NCBI GenBank assembly: GCA_024704765.1
Contig: JAKMXF010000066.1
Span: 1,309,673-1,373,672, forward strand
Length of the DNA: 64,000 bases
Direction: 5' to 3'
Origin: Oopsacas minuta
Taxonomy: Eukaryota > Animalia > Porifera
Made by a program: the position numbers and the translations under genes. The stretch's first letter is position 1. Every line of letters starts with the position of its first letter. Shown in pieces: positions 13,123 through 27,400 of this stretch. The notes beneath the pieces are model-generated. The model did not search any database. It was given only the letters and a program-made list of their open reading frames with translations, and was not told where the DNA came from.

Positions 13123-14448
13123 CTAACACTGTAACACACGCTATGTATTTTCAGTTCAACAATTAAACAAAGCTTATAACATATATAAAACTGGAATTCT
13201 GATATTTTCTGATGCGTATTTCCTTTTTGTTGAGATTGATCGATCGGTCGCTATATCATACATTAACATTACACATACTTCTAATAGTATTCAATTTGTG
13301 TGCTGTAGTTCGAATATGTATTGAAAGACTATATTACGCAATCAACAGGGATGGTAAAATGCTGTTAACAACAAATCTTTCAACCCTAAAATTTTATTGA
13401 CGATTCCCCAGTTCTTGTTGCACTGAGCTGTTAACAGTAAGTAATTAGCTGTTAATTAACAGCAGATTCTTGCTATAGTTATGGCCCTATGGCATATAGC
13501 AAGTGCTTGATTACGTTATCAGATCTCTAGATCCCTGCTCGAACAGAAATGCAAATTTTACTTATAGTCTGTTTTATACATAAACTACATAAACCAATGA
13601 AAAATTCAAATTTGCTTGTTTCAACCCTCGCAATTAATGTTAATTTCCAATCTCCTACGTATACTGATTGTTAGAAATATCTCCGCTATACTAGTAATAG
13701 CGAGGATTGCAGTCTTTTTGTCACACTGGTTTATTCAAATCGTACGCAAATGAGTGAATACATCATTCTACTAATTAATAAATCATTCTCTGAAGCTGAC
13801 CTAATAGCACAGTATAGCCTGACACAGAGGGGGATTAACCTTGTCAATTTTTCCGAAATTATTAAAATTTAACCCTTCTTTTGAAATAGATTCTCGAAAT
13901 TAGCTTTATCACTGAAATCATTGATAATTCCTTAGAAATTGATGCAATAAATTTAAAAGAATAGACCACATGCACTTTTACTTAGTACAAGCTTTGGGTA
14001 CATTTTTATTTTTACTCCAAGTAAATGATACTGTAAGACAAATTCTTTCTTAGTGAATATTGTAATATATATTTAATATATCATCTCTCTCAAAAGTGGT
14101 TTAGTCTGGATCACAATAGTGCTGTTGTATATTGCTTTTAAGATAAAACTTCAATTGAACTCCTACTCGTACAATATTTTGAAACACATATGTGCAATAG
14201 CAGCTAATATTAAAGCACAAATTAGAATGAACTGTATTCAAGGTGCAAGATCCAGCGTAGTGGATAACAATTATAATTAAAATAGAACAAAGATTTGGAA
14301 GTTTTGATTCAATTCTGGAAGCTATTGTAAGCATTGTATGTATATATGATTAGTCCGTAATAATTGAATAGATTCTGCATTAGAGCAAACATATAAAAGA
14401 AGCGTATTATAGAATATAATCCACACATTGAATTAGTAACTGATATAA

Positions 14449-15132
14449 ATGAATCTGCGAAATACACCAAGTCATGTCTTATCAAAGGCAGAAAATAAAA
14501 CAATCAAGGATATACTGGGAGAAAATAGAATATCTATTTGCACAACATACGCACAGATATACGTCACTTCGAAATCAGAACAGGATTGGCAGATAGTAGG
14601 TACAGGAGCTCTCTGTTTAACGCATGACTTCCAACTGAATACATTCATTCTCGTGTTGATAGATGCTGATAGAATTATATGGGAGTGTGAATTGACGAAC
14701 TATGCTGACTACATGTGGGTATCTAAAAAGTTCCATCTGTTAAAATTGGATCAGTTGATGGGAATTAATTTTATTTGCCATTTGGAAGCTCAACATTTCC
14801 AATATAAATTAGTTAGAACATTAGAATACATCAATACGACTCACCTAGCAAAAAATATTGTTAGGAAATCTGAAACACTCCCAAAGATGTCGAATACAAA
14901 ATATAATACTTTGATCAAATCAGAAAATGGGTCTCGTTCTCCAATGGCTCGCGGTAGATCTTGTATCAAAAAATGTTACAGAAAGCTCGTTAACAAAACA
15001 AAATTTGAATACACAGAATTCACAACAGAATCAAGGTCTTCGTCTCCAACTTCTGAAGAGAAAGAGAAAATTTATCAAACTTTGTCGGATATTCGACAGT
15101 TACAAATCCGTTATTGTCCATGCCATGCATAA
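14449..15132 (+). CDS. WH1/EVH1-domain protein (WASP-type WH1 only), intronless, copy 1
   Basis: LGENRISICTTYAQIY...DWQIVGTGALCL...FILVLID...IIWECEL...FHL...GINF...EAQHF matches the WASP-family WH1 pattern. No CRIB, poly-proline or VCA region follows. Confidence 0.8.
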   Translation: MNLRNTPSHVLSKAENKTIKDILGENRISICTTYAQIYVTSKSEQDWQIVGTGALCLTHDFQLNTFILVLIDADRIIWECELTNYADYMWVSKKFHLLKLDQLMGINFICHLEAQHFQYKLVRTLEYINTTHLAKNIVRKSETLPKMSNTKYNTLIKSENGSRSPMARGRSCIKKCYRKLVNKTKFEYTEFTTESRSSSPTSEEKEKIYQTLSDIRQLQIRYCPCHA

Positions 15133-16945
15133 CTTCACACCAACAAGGCATCAATACATTATTTTTCATTTTTCACTAGTGAATATTTTCTATATTTATG
15201 GGTACAACTTTTTCGTACTTATTACAATACTTGTGATCATTTAAAAATTCACTTATTTTTTAGGGTATTTGGCGATGTGTTGAGATGGTTCCTCAGATTG
15301 TCAGGTTTCAACTGGGTAAACTTTCGTACGTTTAGGACAGTCATTATAGCCGCCAACTTTACTATCTATTGTAAGATTAGATTATACTTGTAGATAAATA
15401 GCTGTGAATTCTCACCGCTATGAAAAGTAAAGCATCAATTAAAGATTTTCAAAACCAATGTCAGGCACAGAGCGATTTCTACACAAAATGTATGTTCATT
15501 GATTTCTTTGAGAAATGCACTTGATTTAATTCCAATGAGCATTGCCTTATATTGAATATCCTAGAGTTGTCATGATAAATAATGATATTGAAGTCCGCTC
15601 ACTATAAGCAACTATAGAGTCAAAGTTAGTTAGAAACATGTTTCAGCTCCACAACCCATCTGACTTGGCTGCCGCATGAATAGTATCATTATTGCCATTT
15701 TTGTCATCATTCACTCTTTATACAATGTACTAGTAATTCTGAGTGATAGGACAAAAAGATAACTTGGGATGTTTTCATATCAAATTTCACTTCAGCCCTT
15801 TTAATATTTTTCGTGAATCAACCACATTTGCCTGATAGATAATGATAGTGTGCCCTGCGCTCGCATCCACATAGGATCCATCGATGTGGAGCTTAAACAA
15901 GTTTCAAATTACACAATGGCCTAATTATAAGTGCAATATACTACACATCTTAGTAGTACAGAAGACACCTCTGTTATCCGAACAGCAGAAAGTATAGTTA
16001 CTTTGTAAAAATTGTTCAAATTTCATCTCTGAAGCAGCTTCTTACTACTAAAATACAATTGGTTTTCGTATGATACGGTAATATTAGGCCCACATTAGTG
16101 TGAATATGCAGTCAAATATTCCTAATCCACATTTTCATATTTCCTCAAGGTGGGAATCCGAATGTCATGTATCAAAACAATCAAATACACTATTTCAGTT
16201 ATCCGAACACACCAAAATTGAAGCACTGTAATAGGAATATTTAATGTGGTAATGCAATGCAGCAAAGCTTCCTACGACCCTGCAGATGTACTAATAATAC
16301 ATTATAAATGCTTTGAATAGTGGTTTCTATAAAGCTAGGTTTAGAGTTTCTCTCCCACACTGTTACTTCAGATAGAATTATATTCTATTGGTTGACAATA
16401 ATTTATAACTTATTCGAACTACGTAACATCATTGTAAGTAATGCAGAAATTGGATAACTTACATTTTGCTGGAGAGAGAGTTATACTTGTTTTCAAAGTC
16501 AGTTATGTAGCCAGGATGTATAGTTCCTAGCCTCTAGGCCACTGATATATTAATGTTGTGGTAAAATGCTGTATTAATGATAATTGCTAGTAGAGTTCAG
16601 GCTAGCTTGATATGTTCATTTATATGGTTATCTTAACCAGTTTGAGCAAAAGAGACAAAAATATAAATTGAACACGAAACAATTACTACGTACAAACACT
16701 TTTCACATCAAAGATAGTCACATACCTACGTGATGGCAAATGTGCAACCATCAAGATATGAAGCAAACCTGTCAATCTCTGGATTTTACAAAAAATGGGG
16801 GCAAAATTTGAGAATCAATGGGAATGTAAACAAATTTATTTGCCTTTTCCTAATCAATATAATATTTATAAATGTAAAACGTGTGTTAGTTAGAACTATT
16901 TAATCAAAGTACATATACGTAATTCAAATCTTAATTAATAAATAT

Positions 16946-17737
16946 TTAATATGCATGGCATGGATACATGGAGTTTATCATTGAAGATTTTACTTGTTTA
17001 AGAGTTTGGTAATGTTCTTCCTCTCCCATAGAGCTAACAGAACTATTCCTTGAGCTTCCCAAAGAGTTGCAACGATTATTAAATGTAGGAGAAGGAGGCA
17101 TTGATAATGATGTAGAGTTTTCAATTCTTTGATAGGAGTTATTTTGTTTGATAATCCTTTTAAAGTATTTGTTGAAGTGGGAAATTCCGTATTTTATCGA
17201 AAAATCTTTGGTGTTTTGTTTATTCAAATGTGGAGCAGTATTTGCTTTATTTGTCTTGGGTTTCATGAAATATCTATGCTTTTTGTGGTTGGTTGTATTA
17301 AGGATAGTGACGTATTCCAAGCTAGCTATCTTGATATAACTCGTTATTTCAACCATTTTTGCACTAAAGTATTGAGCTTCGAAATCGCATATAAAATTAA
17401 TTCCCATTAATTGATCCACATTTAACAGATGGAACTTTCTAGATACCCACATGTAGTCAGCATAGTTCGTCAATTCACACTCCCATATAATTCTATCAGC
17501 ATCTATCAACACGAGAATGAATGTATTCAGTTGGAAGTCATGCGTTAAACAGAGAGCTCCTGTACCTACTATCTGCCAATCCTGTTCTGATTTCGAAGTG
17601 ACGTATATCTGTGCGTATGTTGTGCAAATAGATATTCTATTTTCTCCCAGTATATCCTTGATTTTTTTATTTTCTGTCTTTAATAAGACATGACTTGGGT
17701 CATTCTTCACCATAGAATTATTCATATTCTTTCTCAT
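16946..17737 (-). CDS. WH1/EVH1-domain protein (WASP-type WH1 only), intronless, copy 2
   Basis: Inverted paralog of 14449-15132. WH1 nearly identical, tail divergent, shared ending YQTL...PCHA. Confidence 0.8.
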   Translation of the reverse strand: MRKNMNNSMVKNDPSHVLLKTENKKIKDILGENRISICTTYAQIYVTSKSEQDWQIVGTGALCLTHDFQLNTFILVLIDADRIIWECELTNYADYMWVSRKFHLLNVDQLMGINFICDFEAQYFSAKMVEITSYIKIASLEYVTILNTTNHKKHRYFMKPKTNKANTAPHLNKQNTKDFSIKYGISHFNKYFKRIIKQNNSYQRIENSTSLSMPPSPTFNNRCNSLGSSRNSSVSSMGEEEHYQTLKQVKSSMINSMYPCHAY

Positions 17738-19475
17738 GGTATATATTAATAATTTCCTAGACAGATCTCTTATTTATACTTGTATTATTAACTACATAGA
17801 ATTACCTCAATTGAGATAGAATTTCCCTGAAACCTTTCAATTTATTGAACTCTATTCTCTACCCACAGATGATTTAACCCTGAGTATACAGGTTAGTTTG
17901 CAAAAATTTTATGGTAATTTTTTTATTATTTAGAATAATCCTATTTTAATATTATGATGTATAGATGTTATTTTCAGTTGACGTAATACTTTGTATTTCT
18001 AAAATTATCACATAAAAAGCATCAAGATTATAATCATAAATATAATTGGTAATATATCTGTGTAGCTCTATCCCAGATTTCATAGACGTAGGTATTTTCA
18101 TGCTAACGTTAGTATTACAAAATTATATTGTGGCTATATATTTCATATTAATATGAGGCTATGTAATATTACTGTATTCGGATTATCCCTTAACTCATGT
18201 TAATATTTGTGTATAATTCTGCATGTGCTTTGTATTACAGAATTATATCGTGACATAACGTGATTATAATAATATCAGTTGTAAGGCAATTGTTCTGTCA
18301 GGTAAACAAGGCTTGTTTATTCTATAAGTTTCATGTTACAATTTATTGAATTATCCCTTAATAATGATATTGTCAGGGTTTATTTACCTAAAAGGATTAA
18401 TCTATTTATCAAGTCATATGTATTCAATGTTAGACTTACGTATTTAATACAAAGTTTCATTAATTTTACCTCATAACACTAATATTTCCTGGGGAAAAAG
18501 GTATCACTGTCATTCATAACGAAATTAATTAACACACGAACTTATGATTATGTATACTTTTATCTGCTAGTTTTCTTCCCTTTTGCACAATATTCAGAAT
18601 AGTATTTGGGGGTGAAAACACTATTTAGACTACTGGTATACATTATCAGACATGTGAATTGTGGAGTATGACCGTTATTATTAATGGTCATACTCCACAA
18701 TTCATTTCCAAGAGAACAAACCAAAATATCCAAATATTTTAGAGTATACGTATGTAGATTCTTGAACTCTGTTTCTGAAGGTATCAACTAATCCCACACT
18801 TGCTGGATTTTATGAATTTATTGAGTGTCATTAATTTTTGTCTTTATTGCAGGCTGTTGTAAGGCATATCAGCTGTTGATTTTTGGAATTCGAATTTTTC
18901 AAATACGCAAACGAAAATTTTAGTAAGTTCTTCTTAAAACTGCTTCAGATTATTAAGTATACGGATGTGGTTAGTGTTCTAATAAATCTTAATTAATTCT
19001 TATTTATTAATTACTACAATTGAATAATTTGATACTTGTAGTTAATTGTTAAATGTGTTTGAATAAGTTGGCGTTCGAATTTTCGCGAAAAGTTGAGACT
19101 TTTCACAAAATTATTAAATTTGTAACAAGGGAAACTTATGTCCTCTTTCATTATTTACAAAACAATTTCAAAAATGTCAAGGAATTTTACATATGCTGCG
19201 TCATCAACACCTTGTAATTTTCAAAAAATAAACAATTAAAGAAATATGTCCTAATATATTGGTGGATAATCTAGTAAGTTATACAAGAATGAATATTTAG
19301 TACTCTATATGTCATTACATCATATTTATTTACATAACTTTATGCATACAAATTCTTGATCTTATTACATTATGCACATCAAAGTACAATATAATATGTA
19401 ACCTGTGATTATTGGATTTAGTGAATAATAATCAAGACCCTAAATTGAATATTTATTACAGAAGAACGAGGTATG

Positions 19476-19480
<5 letters not shown>

Positions 19481-19506
<26 letters not shown>

Positions 19507-20200
19507 ACTAAAGAGTATATGTAGAAGATTTAATAGTAGTAGGCAATAACAAAATATCTTTCGCTTTTTCTCTTAAAGTGCGGAATTTGGCAGTGGGTCA
19601 ATGGGGAGAGATTCTCATTTAATCTGAGGGCATGCATAAATGCGCTTTGGAATGGTGTTGCATTTCTGTAGGAATCTTGAAATTAATGCCAAACGTCAAC
19701 AAAGTTTGTAAGGTTACTGCCATGTGTTTTGAGATAGTATGTTTTATGAAAATGTTTGGAGGACTAAATGGGTGAAGACTAGAGGTCCTGGCTGTTGGAT
19801 TGTGTGAGGGATAGTCGTGGATAAAGGTCGATATGGTGTTTTGATTTTTCCAGTGGGGTGTCTAGATACTCGCAAATGTGACAAGAATGGTTTCTATAGG
19901 TTGTGGCTGCTAGTTTTATGGTTCCTCCTTGATCAAGCAGCGTGACCCGGTGGCATCGTAAATATTTGGAATGTCGAACGTGGCTAAGGATGGGAGTGGT
20001 TTTAGCGTTACTGTTGGCTATGTCCATATATAGAGTTCTCTAGGACTACTTCATGTGTGCAATTTTAATGAGATACGGATTTTTTGTTCTGAAGTTGAAT
20101 TATCGAGGAGAACTTCTGGGATTGGCTTATCAGCTGGTTCCAGGTAGGCTGCTAGGGAAGTGTCCACTAAGGGCTCCTTAAGATTGTTATGGATTGCTTA
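19481..20200 (-). mobile_element. Possible decayed 3' fragment of a non-LTR retrotransposon (CR1/L2-like) with an (AAT)n tail
   Basis: Locally higher GC. Frameshifted minus-strand peptide TTPILSH/DIPNIYD resembles post-RT motifs of the CR1/L2 group. It ends at the (ATT)8 microsatellite 19481-19504, which reads (AAT)n on the minus strand. Confidence 0.35.
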
Positions 20201-21494
20201 CCAAATTTGTTGACACAAAAGAGGCTAATTCTGTGTGTTGTCAAATATACAAATACATTGCCAAGGTAGACAAACATACTTTTTGTTTTTCAACCCTTCT
20301 CTAGACTCTCTGGAGCGAGGTAGAAAACTCAACCGATAATAAATATATATTTGTTAATTCGATGGCTAGCATTGATCCGTTCCTAGAAAATTGTATGAAT
20401 AGGTGAACCACGATTAACTTGTGACCCAATTAACGTTGTTATGTTGAGAGTTCTGTAATATTATACCTGTACTCACCTGCGTAGCTACACTGTGGTGTGA
20501 ATTCTCTAAGTTATCTACGTACGTAACTTATCTATTGTGGCCATCTAGAAAATCATACAATGTACAAGTAGGAAGGAATTATCGCATATTTTCTCTGAAA
20601 TAGACAGCTAGTATATTTGAATAGTATTACTTTTAAATAGAAAGTATTGTGCAGCTGAGCATTAGCTTGACTGGTTCCTCCGGCTTTGCATGTACGTATA
20701 ATTATCAAAATATATATTTAAACCTGATTTTTTGGGTTATTGAACTTATGAATATACATTCCTTATAGATTAAAGTTCAATCTCAAAGCATATTTTCTTC
20801 TTTGAGATCCTTCAATATGGCAACTAATAATGTCAAAGATCTTGGTATGTTGAATTATAATGTGATAATTCCTGATTGATACATCTAAAGTTATATACAT
20901 ATAAGTAGAACTCAGTAAATTCAAACTTACTCGTCTTAAGATGTACTTTCGGTTAGTACGTACTAATCTTTGTTCCAGAGGGGGTCTTAAATGTGTTCTA
21001 GTATAAGTAATGGGATAATTAAATAGTTCAAACTATACGTGTGAATTCATAGTTAATAATTGTGTTCCCCGCAAAGTTGGAACAGATGCATTGTGTGGTT
21101 TAAACTGGTTATCTTTCCTACCTATTTCGACAATGATAACTATCGAATTACTCCCAAATGGCATGTCTGATACTAATACAAGGTTAAGTTATTCACCTCA
21201 ACCCAATACTGAAGCAAATGCAGAAATACAACAGTAAACTCATTTTCATTAACTAGTCGATAATAATCTTTCTAACCATTCCAATACCGTTTGAAATTGA
21301 CCAAGCAACAACGAGAGGGAAGTCAAGCATTGAAACAACTCACTAATAGTATGTCTGACATTAATCTAAGGGAAAATATCTCAATAGAAATATTCTAACT
21401 TGGGTGCATCAGTGGAATATTTCTACTTGGTGCAAATTCCTACTTTCCGCTCAACAATAGTATATAATACTAACTATTACTTTTAGCAACAAAA

Positions 21495-24400
21495 ATGCTT
21501 GGACGACAGCCAACTCATGTGGATGTTTCTGACTCAATCCTACAGAAAGGTGAGATTAGAATACTCCAGGATAAACTTTTGGGAATGTTAAAATATTATT
21601 TGATAATAGTATATGGGTCAAACTTTATTTATATATCAGATCTCCAAAGTCCAGTTGCATTAAAGAAATATCTACCAAAAAATGTGTTGAAAACCTTTGA
21701 TCCACATTATTCCGATATAAAAATTAAAGAGCTTTTTGATTCACCTAATACTCACGTTTTTCAGGCTGCACTAAGAACTCCATGGTTGAAAAATTATCCT
21801 CCATTCAATAATTCATCAATGGCAGAAATACTTATCTATGCCATGTTAAACTCGCCTACTAACCTTCCCATAATAGAATGCCTCATGCATTCCCACTCAG
21901 AGAGCCTTGATTGGAGTTATTTAGATAGCAATAATAACTCAATTTTCCATATCGCTCTATTACAAAATTCTCTTAGTAATGAAAAAATTCTAGAATTGCT
22001 TCAACTGAAAGACAATAAGCTAGAAACACACATCAATCATGTCAATATACAAAACGAAACACTGCTTTCCATTTCACTCAAAGGAAATTATTCTGAAACA
22101 CGTCAAATAATTACTGAAGCATTATTGAATGCTGGTGCATGCATTTTTATTCAAAAGGAAGATTTTTACGTTTTACCAAACTTCGATGTAAGTGTAGGTC
22201 ATTTGAATCAACATGTAGCTATTTTAGTTAACACACCAATAGGGAACAGTAGCATTTTAACACTCCTTGACAAGCCTAACGAAATACGATACTTCAAAAA
22301 TGACTTTGTGACATTCAAAAGGTACGATCTCCATAAAAACGAGAACTTTGATTTCCTAAAACTTATCTTAGAGTTTCCTTGCCCTACTCTATTGCAGGTT
22401 GTATTATATAACATTATAGTCAGCATTAACCAAAACTTAGAATGCGGCAGCAGTTTGTTACATTTAGCTGCTGAATTTGGTCATCCCTTAATGCTACTCA
22501 CAGTACTTTCCAGAGAATATATAGACATTTGCCTAACAGAACACAGAACTAATAACAATGCATTTCACAAAGCTATGCTTGGAAAAAACGGTAATAATCT
22601 TGAAATGTTGCTTAAACACAAGGATACGAAAATCACCACTTGTCTGAACGCTAAAAACAGTGATAATTTGACTCCATTAGAGCTAGCTATTAGTATTGAA
22701 TTCTATGCTGGAATATCTCTTATCTTAGAAAATAATGTTACCCTACGTACAGAAGCATGGTTACAAAATGTGTCAAATGCGATTAAAGATAAAAGGATCG
22801 AAATTTTGAAAATATTCCTGAATTTTTTTGCCTATCATACCTCAGCTAACAAACCACTTCATGAGTTATTTAATTCACATAATCACTCCATCCTTCACAT
22901 AGCTGTATTACATTATCACGAAGAATGCTTCGTGCTTGTTATGCAAAAATATCTGGAAAATAATCTTTTGAAACAAGAATTTACTCAATTACGCTTCAGT
23001 CTTGAATGTCAACAGTTTGCTGCCACAGAGAAATTTTTGAGAGCAGGTGCTTGTAATTTAATCCAAGGTTACTCGTGTTATTTCCATATTGTAAGATGTT
23101 GTCACGATGAAGTTATTTTGGATCGATTATTTAATATTCTTCATCCGTTTCCAACTTACAATCAAGATGAGCAAATGTTCGATCATGAGCACAATACACT
23201 GTTTCATTACAGTATCAAATGTAAGAATGGCGTAGCAGTTAAATTATTAGGGACAAATACTCCATTTTCACAACTTTCTGAACGTGAGACTACTGGAAAT
23301 TCGGTCCTACATACTATCGCGTGTATCAACAGTTTGGGAGTGACACAAAAATTTGTATCCGTCTTGCAAGAACACAGGTTAACCCATGGTTACTTGGAGT
23401 TTATTAATTTACAAGACACTAGTAATATGTATTCTGCATTGATGATAGCAGCTCTTGAAAATAATCTATCAATTTTTAATGTATTAATAAAAGAGAATGC
23501 GTCTCTTGATTTAGTTGACAGGAATAATAACACTGTACTTCATATTATCGTGGAGAGAGGAAATCTTGAATTTTTCAAGATTGTTATGAACACCATTGAC
23601 AATTCAAATATTATACCTCTACGATATCTATACAATACACTAAACCATAATGACGTTTCACCAATCGAAAAGGCTGTGTTAAATGCGGAGATAGAAATTC
23701 TTGAATCATTTCGGAAAAATCATAGTCTTGACAATAAGAATAGCGTGACAGGACTATCTCTTCTGCACCTTGCTGTTCTTATTAAGGATCTCGAATTTAA
23801 GACACGTGAAGAGCTAATTGACGTTTTGTTAACAGAGAAATCTCTCCTTGAAATCAAAGATAGTAAAGGTAGAACTCCAACAAATCTCTCTATTTCTGAA
23901 AGATATGTAGATTCTTTGAAAATTTTGTTAACATTTGATCCTGATTTATCCGCCATCGATAACGAAAGCTTTACAATACTGCATAAAGCAGTCAAGCATT
24001 ATGAAAAGGACATTTTTACTATCCTAATATCACATATAACCAGTAGCCACAGTAGGAATATTTTACAGTCCAAAGATTGTGATGCTTTCCACTTTGCCAT
24101 AAAATGTCTTAAATATGAACCTATCGAGCAATTATTGGAACAACAACCCTCTCTCATGAGTACTGAAATCGAAGGCAATACAGTTATCCATACAGCTTGT
24201 GAATTTCCCAATGCAATTAATATTCTTATACTATTGCTAAAATACGTTCAACTGCAGGGACTGACCAGTTTATTAACAAAACTCAATAATAATCAATTGA
24301 CTCCACTTCTATTTGCAATTTATCACAAAAACAAGGATGCGTGCCAGGAATTGATCAAACAAAAAGCTAATTTATCCTACTCAATCACAAATGGTACACA

Positions 24401-27400
24401 AGTATTTCATGATATTGTCAACGACTCTAAGTTACTATTTTGTGAATATAAGAACGAATTGTATATCGGATACTCATTTAGTCAGAAAAATATCCATCGG
24501 ATACTTTCTCCATTGAATGACCTAACTAATGCAGTTATTCACACGAATTCTACAATAAAAATTGTAAAAAATGTAAATACGAAATTGATTGAGGCAACCA
24601 TCATACAACCATCTTCCCAGCTTCTTCAGATTCTCCTTTCTCAAGTAAGTGCGACTTTGAAAAATGAAAATTTAAAAACCACAATATATATCCCAGCAGT
24701 GAGAATAGGATCTATTCGTGTCATTAACTATCTTATCCAAGAGAAAATCACTGTTCAGGATTACTTCAACATCGACAACGGCAGTTTATTGTATGAATCA
24801 ATCAAACATAGAAATGAAGAAGTTTTTATACAATTATGTGAACATGTAGTGAATCAAAGAAGTGCCAGCTTTCAGAAGGTTGGAGGAATACTTCTCCAAA
24901 TTCAGTCCACTCATCCACTGCTTTTATGTATAGACTTAAACAAACCGAAAATTTTCAATTATCTTTTGGATGAAAAGTTCCAATTTTCACTCACTTTCTT
25001 ACAACATCAGGACAATACCATAATACATTTGATCCTAAACAGTAACAATAGAAATGTATTTCTGAGGTTATTCATTGAACGAATTCAAAGTAACAAATTG
25101 ATACTGTCTCTTAACAATACTCCTCTAGTCGATTGTTATACAAAAAATTCAAAAATTACTCCTTTACATCTCTGTGCACAATACTTTCCAGAATGCTTAA
25201 GCATGATATTAGAGCTGAATCCTGATCCAACCATAGCTGATAGTTCAGGTAATACAGCATTGCATTTAGCTGTAAATGCTGACAGTCTTAACAGTACGAA
25301 ACTAATTCTCGATCAGTATAAGAATACAAGTGGATTAAGCGAGATGGTCAATGCCACGAATTTGATGGGACTCACGCCTCTCCACAACGCTGTAGATAAG
25401 GCCTCTGAAGATATCGTGAGGTTGCTACTTGATAACAATGCAAACATCTACGCTATTGACGAAGATAAACGAACTGTATTCCACCATAGCGTTTTCATTA
25501 AAGATAGGAATAAATCAGTTTCGATAATGAAAATACTCTTGGAATATAATTCATTGAATCAACAACAAAGTACTGGTCTTGTGCGGGGAGTAGACTCAGA
25601 GAGATGTACTGCACTTCATTTAGCGATAAAATGCCAAAATTTGAAGGTAATTGAATATTTATTGGAACAACCAATAGACATCTCTATTACAAACTGTGAT
25701 GAAAACACAATACTACACTTAGCAGTGATGGTAAAATATACAGATTTAGTTGTGAAGTCAATATTGAGGGCTGTTTTTGAGGGATCATTGAAGAATATTC
25801 ATAATATATCCTCTACTGACTTTATTAACATGCGAAATTCGCAGGGAAAATCAGCCTTAAGTTTGTCTATGGAATGTGCAGATCTAAATAAAATAGAAAG
25901 TATACTAGCTTATGAGCCTCGACTTGATTCTACAGATATGGATGGGAACTCTCCATTGCATATTGTAGTGCAATTTAACAGTATTAAATGCTTGAATACA
26001 CTATTGAAAAAAATAAAATCGCGAAACTCGCAAAGCATTATGAGATTCTTGAACGCCGTTAATAATAAAGGTCTTTCCCCACTTCACCATGCCATAGCAT
26101 GCAATAATTATGAATCAGCAGAAATTCTTTGTAATGAAGGTGCTCAGCTATCTCTTACATCACCAAATGGGACCACAACATTATGCCACGGTATAGATGG
26201 TCTCAAATTGAGATTTATGTGTATACAACCTGGCTATTTTAAGGAATATCAGTACTATATCTGTTATACTAGAGATACTAGAAATAGTATTGTTATTGCT
26301 TCTCTGTTACCTGAATTGAGTACAAAAGTATTCCAGGATTCAGCTAAGCTTAAATTAGTTACGAAATTGCCAGAGCATGCAATACAGTTCATAATCAAAT
26401 GTAGTTGTACTGAACCTTTGGAGGCTTTAATAGCGAGCAAATTCCTTGACTTTTCGAAGGACAAAACCTGGGATCTATATTGGAAGGTTGCTGATAATTC
26501 GAGCATGCTTGTGACAAACTATCTCTTTCAAAATTATCCAGATAAGATGAAATGCTCTAAGAGTCTCAAAATGCTCGAAAAAGCCGTAATAATTAATGAC
26601 AACACGAAAATAATCGAGAACACCTTGAATAAGTTTCCACTACTTGATAAACTTGATGAACAAGAAATTCATTCAATACTCAAGACCGTCCTAGAACTCA
26701 GCATTTCTAATGACTCAACAACAAATCTAAAGACTTTGTTAGCTCGAAGGGCAAAACTTAACTATTTATATGGAGATGAAAAGGATCAAACTATCTTACA
26801 TATTATAGTTGAGAAAGACAAAAATATTGAATTCTTCACCTGTATCCTTGAGGAAATTTTTACAAGAGAAGAAGGTGAATTCCGTCAAAGCACATTTATA
26901 GATGGCAAATCAATGATTGACCACCAAAATAACAAAGGTAAAACTGCACTTCATCTCTGTATAGAAAAGAAAAGACACGATTTGTTACGAATAATTCTCA
27001 AACATTGCCAAAAAATAATGTTGAAAGACTTGAATGATAATACAATTGTCCATCTAGCTGCAAGTACAGGAAATTTGTTGATAGCTAAGGAAATATTCCA
27101 GAAAATATCGACAGATGAATATCCATATTATTTCGACTCCGAGAATATCCACGGTTGTACACCACTTCATTTGGCTACAAGTGTAGGTAGCAAAGATATT
27201 TGTAAAAACTTATTAGAGAAAGGAGCATCTCTATTCTCAATTGATAAAGATGATCGAACAATGTTTCATCATGCAATGCTTGTTGAAAATAAAGAGAATC
27301 GACTGGAAACACTAACCTTCCTTTTAGAAGAATTTCCTAACAAGAAAGATGATCGATCGAAGAACTTGTTAAGAAAACAAGATAGAGATGGATGTACTGC

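Noticed and set aside
14449-15132. Calling the WH1 genes WASP/WASL orthologs
   Set aside because: CRIB, poly-proline and VCA regions are absent, so no gene symbol was assigned.
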